Origin: Devosia sp.
Lineage (GTDB): Bacteria; Pseudomonadota; Alphaproteobacteria; Rhizobiales; Devosiaceae
Direction: 5' to 3'
Assembly (NCBI GenBank): GCA_039918675.1
Contig: JBDSHC010000088.1
Location: 3,790-67,789, forward strand
Length of the DNA stretch: 64,000 bases
Position numbers and translations under genes: made by a program. Under the pieces are notes generated by a model, which worked only from the letters and a program-made list of their open reading frames with translations, did not search any database and was not told the origin of the DNA. Below are positions 1 to 10,582 of this stretch, in pieces (position 1 is the first letter of the stretch; each line of letters starts with the position of its first letter).

Positions 1-137
1 GCATGGCCGATGTGGTTTAGGTCTGAGCCAATTCAAGCGCTCCGAGGTTGAGTCGGGGCGGCGTAAGCTATGCCGCACAAATGTCGCTCAACCCCTCGGT
101 CCACGCGCCGGATGAACGGGATCTCAAGGGGGTATTT

Positions 138-1052
138 GTGGCCGGTCAGTTTCTCCGCTCTTTCGGGATCGCGCTGAGCGCCTCCGCTGCGCTTCTGCCT
201 GGTCTCGCACTGGCCGCCGCCGGCCATCCCGAGCCGGGCGAAATCGGCATGCAGGATTCGGTCACCCCGATCGCCGATTCCATCCACGTCTTCCACAACG
301 GCATCCTGCTGTGGACGGCGATCCTGGTGTCGCTGCTGGTGCTGGTGCTACTGGCTATCATCGTCCTTCGCTTCAACGCCCGCGCGAACCCGACGCCGGC
401 CAAGTTTACCCACAACACCCTGATCGAAGTAGTGTGGACCGCGCTTCCGGTGATCGTTCTGGTGATCATCGCCATCCCGTCCTTCGCCATTCTCACCGAC
501 CAGCTGACCATGCCCGACGGGCAGCGGAAGTACCTCGGCGAGAACATTTTCTCGTTCGGCTCGGTCGAAGTTCCGGCTCCGGCCATCACCGTCAAGGTGA
601 CCGGCTCGCAATGGTACTGGACTTATGAATATGTCGATCAGGGCAAGAGCTTCGACAGCAACATCCTGAGCGAAGAGTCTCGTCTGGCTCAGGTTCCGGT
701 GCAGCCGCGCCTCCTCGCCGTCGACAACATGCTGATCGTGCCCGTCGACGCGACGGTGCGCGTCCAGGTGACCGGCGCCGACGTGATCCACGCCTTCGCC
801 GTCCCCAGCTTCGGCATCATCGCCGACGCCGTGCCCGGCCGCCTCAACGAGACCTGGTTCAACGCCCGCAAAGAGGGCGTCTATTACGGCCAGTGCCGCG
901 AGCTCTGCGGCAAGGACCATGCCTTCATGCCGATTGCCGTGCGCGTCGTATCCGCCGATGCGTTTGCGGCCTGGATGAAAGCGCTTCAAGCCGGCAGCGT
1001 CGCCGACGCCAATGCAACGCTGCCGCCGGTTTCGGCGGAGCCGTCCGCGTAA
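138..1052 (+). CDS. coxB: Cytochrome c oxidase subunit II
   Basis: CuA motifs DVIHAF and CRELCGKDHAFM; two TM helices. Start moved to GTG 138 after AAGGGG (ORF track starts at 48). Confidence 0.97.
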   Translation: MAGQFLRSFGIALSASAALLPGLALAAAGHPEPGEIGMQDSVTPIADSIHVFHNGILLWTAILVSLLVLVLLAIIVLRFNARANPTPAKFTHNTLIEVVWTALPVIVLVIIAIPSFAILTDQLTMPDGQRKYLGENIFSFGSVEVPAPAITVKVTGSQWYWTYEYVDQGKSFDSNILSEESRLAQVPVQPRLLAVDNMLIVPVDATVRVQVTGADVIHAFAVPSFGIIADAVPGRLNETWFNARKEGVYYGQCRELCGKDHAFMPIAVRVVSADAFAAWMKALQAGSVADANATLPPVSAEPSA

Positions 1053-1065
1053 GCGGTAGAGATAG

Positions 1066-2787
<1,722 letters not shown>

Positions 2788-2796
2788 GGACAGCCG

Positions 2797-3729
2797 GTGG
2801 CATTCGTTGACGATAGCAAGGCCTATGTTCCCGTCGCCGGTGGAGCGCGCGTAGAAGACTACTTCGCGCTCCTCAAGCCCCGGGTGATGTCGCTCGTCGT
2901 CTTCACCGCCATCATCGGCCTGCTGCTCGCTCCCGGCGGCATCAACCCGATCGTCGGCATCATCGCCATCCTCTGCATCGCCATCGGCGCCGGCGGCTCC
3001 GGCGCCCTCAACATGTGGTACGATTCCGACATCGATGCCGTGATGAGCCGCACCGCCAACCGCCCCATCCCGGCCGGCCGGGTCAGCCGCAGCGAAGCGC
3101 TGACGCTAGGCCTCATGTGCTCCGGCTTTTCGGTCGGCATCCTCGGCCTCGCCACCAATTGGGTCGCCGCCGCGCTCCTCGCCTTCACCATTTTCTTCTA
3201 CGCCGTCATCTACACCATGTGGCTGAAGCGCTCGACGCCGCAGAACATCGTCATCGGCGGCGCCGCAGGTGCCTTCCCGCCGATGATCGGCTGGGCCGCC
3301 GTAACGGGCGACGTCTCGCTCGCCTCGTGCCTCCTGTTCCTCATCATCTTCCTCTGGACCCCGCCGCACTTCTGGGCGCTCGCCCTCTACAAGCAGTCCG
3401 ACTACGGCGCGGCGGGCATCCCGATGCTGCCCAACGTCAAGGGCGAGCCGGCGACCAAGCTCCAGATCCTGCTCTATTCGCTGATCCTCGTCGCGACGAC
3501 GCTGATCCCCGGCTTCATCGGCATGTCGGGCTGGCTCTATTCCGCCGTCGCCGTCGTCACTGGAACATCGTTCGTCTACCTTGCCGTCCGGCTCTATCGC
3601 AGCGTCGACGCGACGCAGATGAAGAAGATCGCCCGCTCGCTGTTCACTTATTCGCTGAGCTACCTCTTCGTCATCTTCCTCGCCCTTATCACCGACCATG
3701 TCGGCCACCTGCTGGGCTGGGTCGCATGA
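2797..3729 (+). CDS. ctaB: Protoheme IX farnesyltransferase (heme O synthase)
   Basis: [24 protein letters not shown] and WTPPHFWAL motifs; position in cox operon. Confidence 0.97.
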   Translation: MAFVDDSKAYVPVAGGARVEDYFALLKPRVMSLVVFTAIIGLLLAPGGINPIVGIIAILCIAIGAGGSGALNMWYDSDIDAVMSRTANRPIPAGRVSRSEALTLGLMCSGFSVGILGLATNWVAAALLAFTIFFYAVIYTMWLKRSTPQNIVIGGAAGAFPPMIGWAAVTGDVSLASCLLFLIIFLWTPPHFWALALYKQSDYGAAGIPMLPNVKGEPATKLQILLYSLILVATTLIPGFIGMSGWLYSAVAVVTGTSFVYLAVRLYRSVDATQMKKIARSLFTYSLSYLFVIFLALITDHVGHLLGWVA

Positions 3730-3884
3730 GCAACGATTTGACCCCGCAGGCTCTCGACGAACGCAAGCGCCGGCAGCGCCGCAACTCGATCGCGCTCGGC
3801 CTCGTCCTCGGCGCGCTGGTGCTGATTTTTTACGCCCTGACCATCGTCAAGATGGGTCCCGGCGTCTTCAATCGGGACCTCTGA
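3726..3884 (+). CDS. Small single-TM cox-operon protein (CoxF-like), 52 aa
   Basis: ATG overlaps ctaB stop (ATGA). [52 protein letters not shown]; usual slot between ctaB and ctaG. Confidence 0.85.
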   Translation: MSNDLTPQALDERKRRQRRNSIALGLVLGALVLIFYALTIVKMGPGVFNRDL

Positions 3885-3885
3885 T

Positions 3886-4446
3886 ATGTCCAGCGACACG
3901 CTCCAGCCGATCATCCCCGAAACGCGCAACCGCAACGTCGCTGTGGTGCTGTTCCTACTCGCCATCGGCATGGTCGGCGCCGCCTATGCGGCCGTCCCGA
4001 TCTACCAGATGTTCTGCCAGCTCACCGGTTATGGCGGCACGCCCCGCATCGCGACCGACAATCCCAAGGGGATCATTACCCGCGAGATGACGACGCGCTT
4101 CGACGCCAATATCGATGGCGGCCTGCCCTGGCAGGTAACGGCGGCGCATCCGGTCAGCGCCAAGATCGGCACTGTCGAAACCATAATCTTCACGGCGCGC
4201 AATCTCAGCGACAAGACGGTCACCGGCATGGCCGCGTTCAACGTGACGCCGGAGCTTGCCGGCAGCTATTTCAACAAGATCCAGTGCTTCTGCTTCACCG
4301 AGCAGACACTCAAGCCCGGTGAAACGGTCCAGATGCCGGTGACTTTCTTCGTCGACCCCGATATCGACAAGGACGCCGATCTGAAGACCATTCGGGACAT
4401 CACCCTGTCCTACACATTCTACGCTTCGAAAAATAAGGGAAGCTGA
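3886..4446 (+). CDS. ctaG: Cytochrome c oxidase assembly protein Cox11/CtaG
   Basis: YFNKIQCFCFTEQ copper-binding motif; FCQLTGYGGT. Confidence 0.97.
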   Translation: MSSDTLQPIIPETRNRNVAVVLFLLAIGMVGAAYAAVPIYQMFCQLTGYGGTPRIATDNPKGIITREMTTRFDANIDGGLPWQVTAAHPVSAKIGTVETIIFTARNLSDKTVTGMAAFNVTPELAGSYFNKIQCFCFTEQTLKPGETVQMPVTFFVDPDIDKDADLKTIRDITLSYTFYASKNKGS

Positions 4447-4447
4447 C

Positions 4448-5311
4448 ATGACCGACGTCGCTCACGCCAAGCCCAATCACGACTACCACCTCGTCAACCC
4501 GAGCCCGTGGCCGTTCGTCGGGTCCATCTCGGCCTTCATTATGGCGATCGGCGCCATCTGGTTCTTCAAGACCCGCGTCACTGAAACGCCGCAGCCCTGG
4601 CTGCTGCTGATCGGCTTCGCCGGCGTGCTCTACACCATGTACGCGTGGTGGAGCGACGTCGTGAAGGAATCGATCACGGGCGACCACACCCCGGTGGTGA
4701 AGATGCATCACCGCTACGGCATGATCCTCTTTATCGCGTCCGAGATCATGTTCTTCGTCGCATGGTTCTGGGCCTATTTCGACCAGTTCTTCCGCCATGA
4801 CGATGTCGAGCAATACAGCCGCGTCGACTTCATGGGCGCCACCTGGCCTCCGCATGGCGTCGAGCTGTTCGACCCCTTCCATCTGCCGCTGTTCAACACG
4901 CTGATCCTGTTGACCTCGGGCACCACGGTGACCTGGGCGCATCACGCGCTGATCCACAACGACAAGCAGGGCCTCAAGGCTGGCCTCTGGCTGACGATCA
5001 TCCTTGGCGCGATGTTCACCTGCGTCCAGGCCCTCGAATATTCGCGCGCCGGCTTCGCCTATTCGGGCAACATCTACGGCGCCACCTTCTTCATGGCGAC
5101 CGGCTTCCACGGCTTCCACGTCCTGATCGGCACGATTTTCCTGACGGTCTGCCTGATCCGTGCCTATGTCGGCAACCTCACCGAGAAGCATCATCTCGGC
5201 TTCGAATTCGCCGCCTGGTACTGGCACTTCGTCGACGTCGTTTGGCTGTTCCTCTTCGCCGCCATCTACGTCTGGGGCAGCTGGGGCATCCCAATCCACC
5301 ACGCCGGCTAA
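4448..5311 (+). CDS. coxC: Cytochrome c oxidase subunit III
   Basis: HDYHLVNPSPWP, ATGFHGFHV and WYWHFVDVVWLFLF. Confidence 0.98.
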   Translation: MTDVAHAKPNHDYHLVNPSPWPFVGSISAFIMAIGAIWFFKTRVTETPQPWLLLIGFAGVLYTMYAWWSDVVKESITGDHTPVVKMHHRYGMILFIASEIMFFVAWFWAYFDQFFRHDDVEQYSRVDFMGATWPPHGVELFDPFHLPLFNTLILLTSGTTVTWAHHALIHNDKQGLKAGLWLTIILGAMFTCVQALEYSRAGFAYSGNIYGATFFMATGFHGFHVLIGTIFLTVCLIRAYVGNLTEKHHLGFEFAAWYWHFVDVVWLFLFAAIYVWGSWGIPIHHAG

Positions 5312-5348
5312 GCCGGCGGGCTGCGCCGAACGGCCAATGGCTTGTGAC

Positions 5349-5380
5349 AGGGCGCGGCGCTAGCTGCGCCCTTGTTGTTT
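5349..5380 (+). terminator. Probable intrinsic terminator of the cox operon
   Basis: 10-bp stem AGGGCGCGGC/GCTGCGCCCT (one G-U), loop GCTA, followed by TGTTGTTT. Confidence 0.6.
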
Positions 5381-5390
5381 GGAGGAGAAG

Positions 5391-6005
5391 ATGGACCACG
5401 TCATCCGCGATCTCGCTGCCCTAGAAGCCCTCTATGGCAGCGTCAACGAGGTCTCTAAGCTCAAGGAAATCTCCTACCTCCACCCGCATTACGCCGCCTT
5501 CATCAAGGCCTCACCCTTCGCCGTGCTGGCGACGGCGGGACTGCATGGCCTCGACGCCAGTCCGCGCGGCGATCCACCCGGCTTCATCGAGATCGTCGAC
5601 GACAAGACGCTGATGATCGCCGACCGGCGCGGCAACAACCGCATCGACAGCTTGCGCAACATTATCGCCGATCCGCATGTGGCGCTGCTGTTCATGATCC
5701 CCGGCATCGGCGAAACCCTGCGCGTCAACGGCACCGCCGAAATCTCCATCGATCCGGAGTTGCTGGCGCGCTTCACGATGGGCGACAAGCTCCCGCATAC
5801 GGTGCTGATCGTCCACATCGACAGCGTCTTCTTCCAATGCTCGCGCGCCCTGATCCGCTCGGAGCTGTGGAACGCCGACAAGCACGTCGCGCGTTCGACG
5901 CTGCCGTCCACGGGCCAGATGCTCGCCGCCGTGACCGATCAGCGCATCGATGGTGAAGCCTATGATCGCGAGCTACCGCCCCGACTGAAGGCCACGCTAT
6001 ACTAG
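5391..6005 (+). CDS. Pyridoxamine 5'-phosphate oxidase family FMN-binding protein
   Basis: DASPRGDPPGF, DRRGNNRIDSLRNI and ETLRVNG family motifs; GGAGGAG RBS before ATG 5391. Confidence 0.88.
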   Translation: MDHVIRDLAALEALYGSVNEVSKLKEISYLHPHYAAFIKASPFAVLATAGLHGLDASPRGDPPGFIEIVDDKTLMIADRRGNNRIDSLRNIIADPHVALLFMIPGIGETLRVNGTAEISIDPELLARFTMGDKLPHTVLIVHIDSVFFQCSRALIRSELWNADKHVARSTLPSTGQMLAAVTDQRIDGEAYDRELPPRLKATLY

Positions 6006-6064
6006 GCGTGATCCCGCAAAGTGGTCTTCCGGTTTTCGGGCAAGATCACGCCCAAAGAGACCCG

Positions 6065-6418
6065 ATGAGCGACAGCCTGATCTCCCCCTTCGCCGCCGGC
6101 CTCCGCTGCGTCTGTCCACGCTGCGGGGACGGGGATCTCTATGCCGGCTTCCTCAAGGTCGCACCAATCTGCGAGAGCTGCGGCCTCGACCTCAAATTCG
6201 CCGATAGCGGCGATGGCCCGGCGATCTTCGTCATCTTCGCCGTCGCGCCCATCGTCATCATCCTCGCCTTCATCGTCGAAGCCCTGTTCCACCCCGCGCC
6301 CTGGATGCATCTGGTGCTGTGGATCCCGACGATCATTCTCCTGTCGCTGTGGTTCCTCCGCCCCTTCAAGGCGGCAATGATCGCCCTGCAATATCAGCGT
6401 CAGGCAGGTTCGGCGTGA
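6065..6418 (+). CDS. DUF983 membrane protein with zinc ribbon
   Basis: CPRCGDG and CESCGLD motifs, DSGDGPA, two TMs; usual position before SURF1. Confidence 0.9.
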   Translation: MSDSLISPFAAGLRCVCPRCGDGDLYAGFLKVAPICESCGLDLKFADSGDGPAIFVIFAVAPIVIILAFIVEALFHPAPWMHLVLWIPTIILLSLWFLRPFKAAMIALQYQRQAGSA

Positions 6419-7173
6419 CCACGAAAACGCGCCGCCGGTTGGGCGTCGGCTTCTGGAGCTTCATTCTGCTCATGCTGGCGCTGACCGGCCTCTTCGCTTG
6501 GCTGGGCATGTGGCAGCTGGAGCGCCTCGCCGAGAAGGAAGCGCTGATCGCCGAGGTCGATCATCAGCTGACGCAGAAGCCCTATGATTTGCCGCCATCC
6601 GACCAGTGGGGCCTCATCGATCTCGAGACCTACGCCTATCACCCGATGAATGTGACTGGCCATTATCTGAGCGACAAGACCGTCCTCGTCTTCACCAGCC
6701 TGTCGACCGCCAAAGGGAGATTCTCCGGCCCCGGCTATTGGGTGATGACGCCGTTCGTGTCCGATGAAGGCGGCACCATCTTCGTCAATCGCGGGTTCAT
6801 CCCGCAAAGCTCTGCAAGCTCGTTCGCGGCAGGGAAGGGCGGGGCCGATGGCCCACAGAGTTTCACCGGCATTGCGTTGAAGCCCGAAGGAGCCGGCGCC
6901 TTCACGCCCGGGCCTGACAAGATCAAGCGCATCGAATGGATCCGCGACCCGCTGCGCCTCGCCGCCATGGCCGAGCCGCCCGGTCCCGTGTTCGGCCTCA
7001 CCATCGACGCCCCGGCGGGCGATGCTGGCGCCCTGCCGCAAGGCGGCGAGACCATAATCGAATTCCCCAACAACCATTTCGGCTACGCCCTCACCTGGTT
7101 CGGCTTCGCCCTCCTGACCCCGGCTTTGCTGGCCTATTGGGTGTTCCGCCAGCTGCGCCCGGCCAAAGCCTGA
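6415..7173 (+). CDS. SURF1/Shy1 family cytochrome oxidase biogenesis protein
   Basis: LGMWQLER, VNRGFIP and NNHFGYALTWF; GTG start overlaps DUF983 stop. Confidence 0.95.
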   Translation: MTTKTRRRLGVGFWSFILLMLALTGLFAWLGMWQLERLAEKEALIAEVDHQLTQKPYDLPPSDQWGLIDLETYAYHPMNVTGHYLSDKTVLVFTSLSTAKGRFSGPGYWVMTPFVSDEGGTIFVNRGFIPQSSASSFAAGKGGADGPQSFTGIALKPEGAGAFTPGPDKIKRIEWIRDPLRLAAMAEPPGPVFGLTIDAPAGDAGALPQGGETIIEFPNNHFGYALTWFGFALLTPALLAYWVFRQLRPAKA

Positions 7174-7237
7174 AATCCTTGCTCCGGCACGCCCTTTTCA
7201 CTAAGTTCCGCCAACTTTTCATTGGGACAGCAGCCTG

Positions 7238-8635
7238 ATGCAATTCGTCTCCACCCGCGGCGAAGCGCCGGTCCTCGGCTTCTCCGACGCGGTGCTCTCC
7301 GGCCTCGCCAGCGATGGTGGGCTCTATCTGCCGCAAACCTGGCCGCAATTCTCGTCCGCCGAGATCGCCGCCTTCGCCGGTAAGCCCTATTCCGAGGTTG
7401 CCTTCGCGGTGATCTCGCGCTTCGTCGACGGCGAGATTCCGGACGGCACGCTGCGCGGCATCATCGACGCGGCCTATGCCACCTTCCGCCATTCATCGGT
7501 AACGCCCCTGGTCGAGATCGCGCCGAACCATTTCGTGCTTGAACTGTTCCACGGCCCCACGCTCGCCTTCAAAGACGTGGCGATGCAGTTCCTCGCCCGC
7601 GTGATGGACCATATTCTCGAGCAGCGCGGTACGCGCGCCACCATCGTCGGCGCGACCTCGGGCGATACCGGTTCGGCCGCCATCGAAGCCTTCCGCGGCC
7701 GCGACACCACCGACATCTTCATCCTCCATCCGGAGGGCCGCACCTCGCCAGTGCAGCGCCGCCAGATGACGACGGTGCTCGATGCCAATGTCCACAACAT
7801 CGCGCTCAAGGGCAATTTCGACGACTGCCAGTCGATCGTCAAAGGCCTCTTCCGCGCACCCTTCCGCGACCAGATGCATTTGAGCGGCGTTAACTCCATT
7901 AATTGGGGCCGCATCGTCGCGCAGATCGTCTATTACTTCACCGCTGCGGTCTCGCTTGGCGCGCCGCACCGGCCAATCAACTTTGTCGTCCCGACAGGAA
8001 ATTTCGGCGACATCTTCGCCGGCTATTGCGCGCGGCGCATGGGCCTGCCGATCGCCAATCTGGTGATCGCCACCAACTCCAACGACATCCTCGCCCGCAC
8101 GCTTGAAACCGGCATCTACCAGACCGGCGGCGTGCACCCCACCATCAGCCCGTCGATGGACATCGAGGTCTCGTCCAATTTCGAGCGCCTGCTGTTCGAA
8201 GCGCTGGACCGCGATGCGCCGGCCCTCAAGCGCCTGATGAACAGCCTGCAGCAATCGGGCAGTTTCACCGTGCCGCCTAAGGCGCTCGCCGCAATCCGCG
8301 AGGGCTTCGCCGCCGGCCGCGCCAGCGAAGCCGAGACGACCGCGACCATCGCCAGCGTGCTCAAGGATTCGGGCTATCTGCTCGATCCGCACACGGCGGT
8401 CGGCGTTGCCGTTGGCCGCGAACTAAGCCTCGGCGATGCGCCTGTGGTGACCCTCGCGACCGCCCATCCCGCCAAATTCCCTGCTGCCGTCGAGGCCGCT
8501 ACGGGTGTTGAACCAGCCCTTCCGGCATGGTTGTCTGATCTTTACGACCGGCCCGAACGCTTAGATGTTCTGGCCAACGACCAGGGTGCCGTCGAATCCT
8601 ACATTCGCGATCGGTCCCGGGCGGGGAGGAGTTAG
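7238..8635 (+). CDS. thrC: Threonine synthase
   Basis: STRG, ELFHGPTLAFKD (PLP lysine), ATSGDTG and NSINWGR. Confidence 0.98.
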   Translation: MQFVSTRGEAPVLGFSDAVLSGLASDGGLYLPQTWPQFSSAEIAAFAGKPYSEVAFAVISRFVDGEIPDGTLRGIIDAAYATFRHSSVTPLVEIAPNHFVLELFHGPTLAFKDVAMQFLARVMDHILEQRGTRATIVGATSGDTGSAAIEAFRGRDTTDIFILHPEGRTSPVQRRQMTTVLDANVHNIALKGNFDDCQSIVKGLFRAPFRDQMHLSGVNSINWGRIVAQIVYYFTAAVSLGAPHRPINFVVPTGNFGDIFAGYCARRMGLPIANLVIATNSNDILARTLETGIYQTGGVHPTISPSMDIEVSSNFERLLFEALDRDAPALKRLMNSLQQSGSFTVPPKALAAIREGFAAGRASEAETTATIASVLKDSGYLLDPHTAVGVAVGRELSLGDAPVVTLATAHPAKFPAAVEAATGVEPALPAWLSDLYDRPERLDVLANDQGAVESYIRDRSRAGRS

Positions 8636-8636
8636 T

Positions 8637-9899
8637 TTGAGCGTTCGATCCACTACCCTCGACAACGGCATGACCGTCATCACCGACGACATGCCGCATC
8701 TCGAGAGCGCCTCCCTTGGCATCTGGGTAAAAGCCGGCTCCCGCAGCGAGACGCTCGCCGAGCACGGCATCTCCCATGTCCTCGAGCACATGGCCTTCAA
8801 AGGCACGGCGACCCGCACCTCGCTCGAGATCGCCGAAGCCATAGAGAATGTCGGCGGCGACCTCAACGCGGCGACCTCCGTCGAACACACCGGCTATTTC
8901 GCCCGCGTGCTCAAGGAGGACGTTCCGCTCGCCGGCGACATCCTCTCCGACATCCTCCAGAACTCGCTGTTCGACCAGAACGAGCTCGACCGCGAGCAGC
9001 AGGTTATCGTGCAGGAGATCGGCGCCGCGCGCGACAATCCGGACGATCACGTCTTCGATCTGTTCCAGCAGGCGGCCTATCCCGATCAGCCCATCGGCCG
9101 CACGATTCTCGGCACTGTGGATTCGGTGAAGAGTTTTTCGCCCGACACCATCCGCGACTACATGGACCGCAACTATGTCGGCGACCAGATGGTCGTCTGC
9201 GCCGCCGGCAATGTCGATCACGATGCACTGGTCGATACCGCCAATGACCGCTTCCACGATCTCCGCCGCAGCGGTGCACCGATCCCTGAGAAAGCCAAAT
9301 ATGTCGGCGGCGAAGAGCGCCTGCTGTCCGATCACGAACAGGCCCACATCGTCCTTGGCTTCGAGGGCCGCGCCTACAATTCCGACGGCTTCTATGCCGC
9401 GCAGATTCTGGCTTCGATCCTCGGCGGCGGCATGAGCTCGCGGCTGTTCCAGGAAGTGCGCGAGAAGCGCGGCCTCTGCTATTCCGTTTACGCGTTCCAC
9501 TGGGCCTTCGCGGATAGCGGCATCTTCGGCGTCGCCGCATCGACCGGCGAGGCCGAGGTCACCGACCTCATCCCCGTCGTCATCGACGAGTTGCGCAAAG
9601 CGACCGAAACGATCACCGACGAAGAAGTGCTGCGCGTGCGCAACCAGATCCGCGCCGGCCTCCTGATGTCGCTCGAAAGCCCATCGTCTCGCGCCGGCCA
9701 GCTGGCCCGCCAGCAGATCCTGTGGGGACGCCCGATCCCGTTGCAGGAAACCGTCGATCGCATCAATCGCGTCACCGCCGATCGCGTAAAGCAGATTGCC
9801 AAGCAGATCTTCGACAAGGACCGCTTCTCGCTCGCGGGCATCGGCCCTGTCGCGCAATTGCCCGACTACGACGCCATCGCCGCGCGTCTCAAGCACTGA
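8637..9899 (+). CDS. M16 family zinc peptidase (MPP-like)
   Basis: Inverted zinc motif HVLEH, LNAATS, GGGMSSRLFQEVRE. TTG 8637 follows GGAGGA. Confidence 0.95.
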   Translation: MSVRSTTLDNGMTVITDDMPHLESASLGIWVKAGSRSETLAEHGISHVLEHMAFKGTATRTSLEIAEAIENVGGDLNAATSVEHTGYFARVLKEDVPLAGDILSDILQNSLFDQNELDREQQVIVQEIGAARDNPDDHVFDLFQQAAYPDQPIGRTILGTVDSVKSFSPDTIRDYMDRNYVGDQMVVCAAGNVDHDALVDTANDRFHDLRRSGAPIPEKAKYVGGEERLLSDHEQAHIVLGFEGRAYNSDGFYAAQILASILGGGMSSRLFQEVREKRGLCYSVYAFHWAFADSGIFGVAASTGEAEVTDLIPVVIDELRKATETITDEEVLRVRNQIRAGLLMSLESPSSRAGQLARQQILWGRPIPLQETVDRINRVTADRVKQIAKQIFDKDRFSLAGIGPVAQLPDYDAIAARLKH

Positions 9900-10510
9900 T
9901 GGTGATGCTGAACTGGTTCGCGCCGGATCCGACGCCTGTCCTCAACGGGACGCGCGTGATCCTGCGCGCGCCCCGCGGGCGCGACTACGGCGCGTGGCGC
10001 GCCCTTCGCAGCAAGAGCCGCGACTTTCTCAAGCCCTACGAGCCACGCTGGACTGAAGCCGACCTCAACCGCCGGGCCTTCGGCGCGCGCCTCTGGCGGG
10101 GCCGCGACGAAGCCCGCCGCGGCAGCGACTACACCTTCCTGATCTTCGAACGGGCCGGCAAAGGCGAAACCCTTGTCGGCGGCATCACCATCTCCAACGT
10201 CCGCCGCCGCGCCGCCCAGTTCGGAACGCTGGGCTATTGGATGGGGCAGGAGTTCGCGGGCCGCGGTCTCATGTCCGAGGCCGTCGGCGTGCTGCTGCCG
10301 TTCTTCTTCGACAATCTGGGTCTCCACCGGCTACAGGCTGCCTTCCTGCCGCACAATGCCGCAAGCCGCCGCGTCCTTGAAAAAAACGGATTTCGCGAAG
10401 AAGGCTATGCCGAGAACTATCTGCAGATTGACGGGCGCTGGGCCGACCATGTGCTTTTCGCCCTCACGCGCGAGCGTTGGGACGCCCGACCGAAACCCAA
10501 CGGGCGCTGA
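9899..10510 (+). CDS. RimJ/RimL family GNAT acetyltransferase
   Basis: GTLGYWMG, GRGLMSEAV, NAASRRVLEKNGF and WADH; coupled to the M16 peptidase stop. Confidence 0.92.
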   Translation: MVMLNWFAPDPTPVLNGTRVILRAPRGRDYGAWRALRSKSRDFLKPYEPRWTEADLNRRAFGARLWRGRDEARRGSDYTFLIFERAGKGETLVGGITISNVRRRAAQFGTLGYWMGQEFAGRGLMSEAVGVLLPFFFDNLGLHRLQAAFLPHNAASRRVLEKNGFREEGYAENYLQIDGRWADHVLFALTRERWDARPKPNGR

Positions 10511-10582
10511 ATGCTTGTCGCAGGGGGGAAACCCCGATACCTAGGGCGATCTGACATTCCGGGCGGACACAGCACTCTCAGC

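Noticed and set aside
23-36. Possible FNR/FixK box upstream of coxB (CTGAG-CCAA-TTCAA)
   Set aside because: Too many mismatches to TTGAT-N4-ATCAA, and upstream context is cut off by the window edge.
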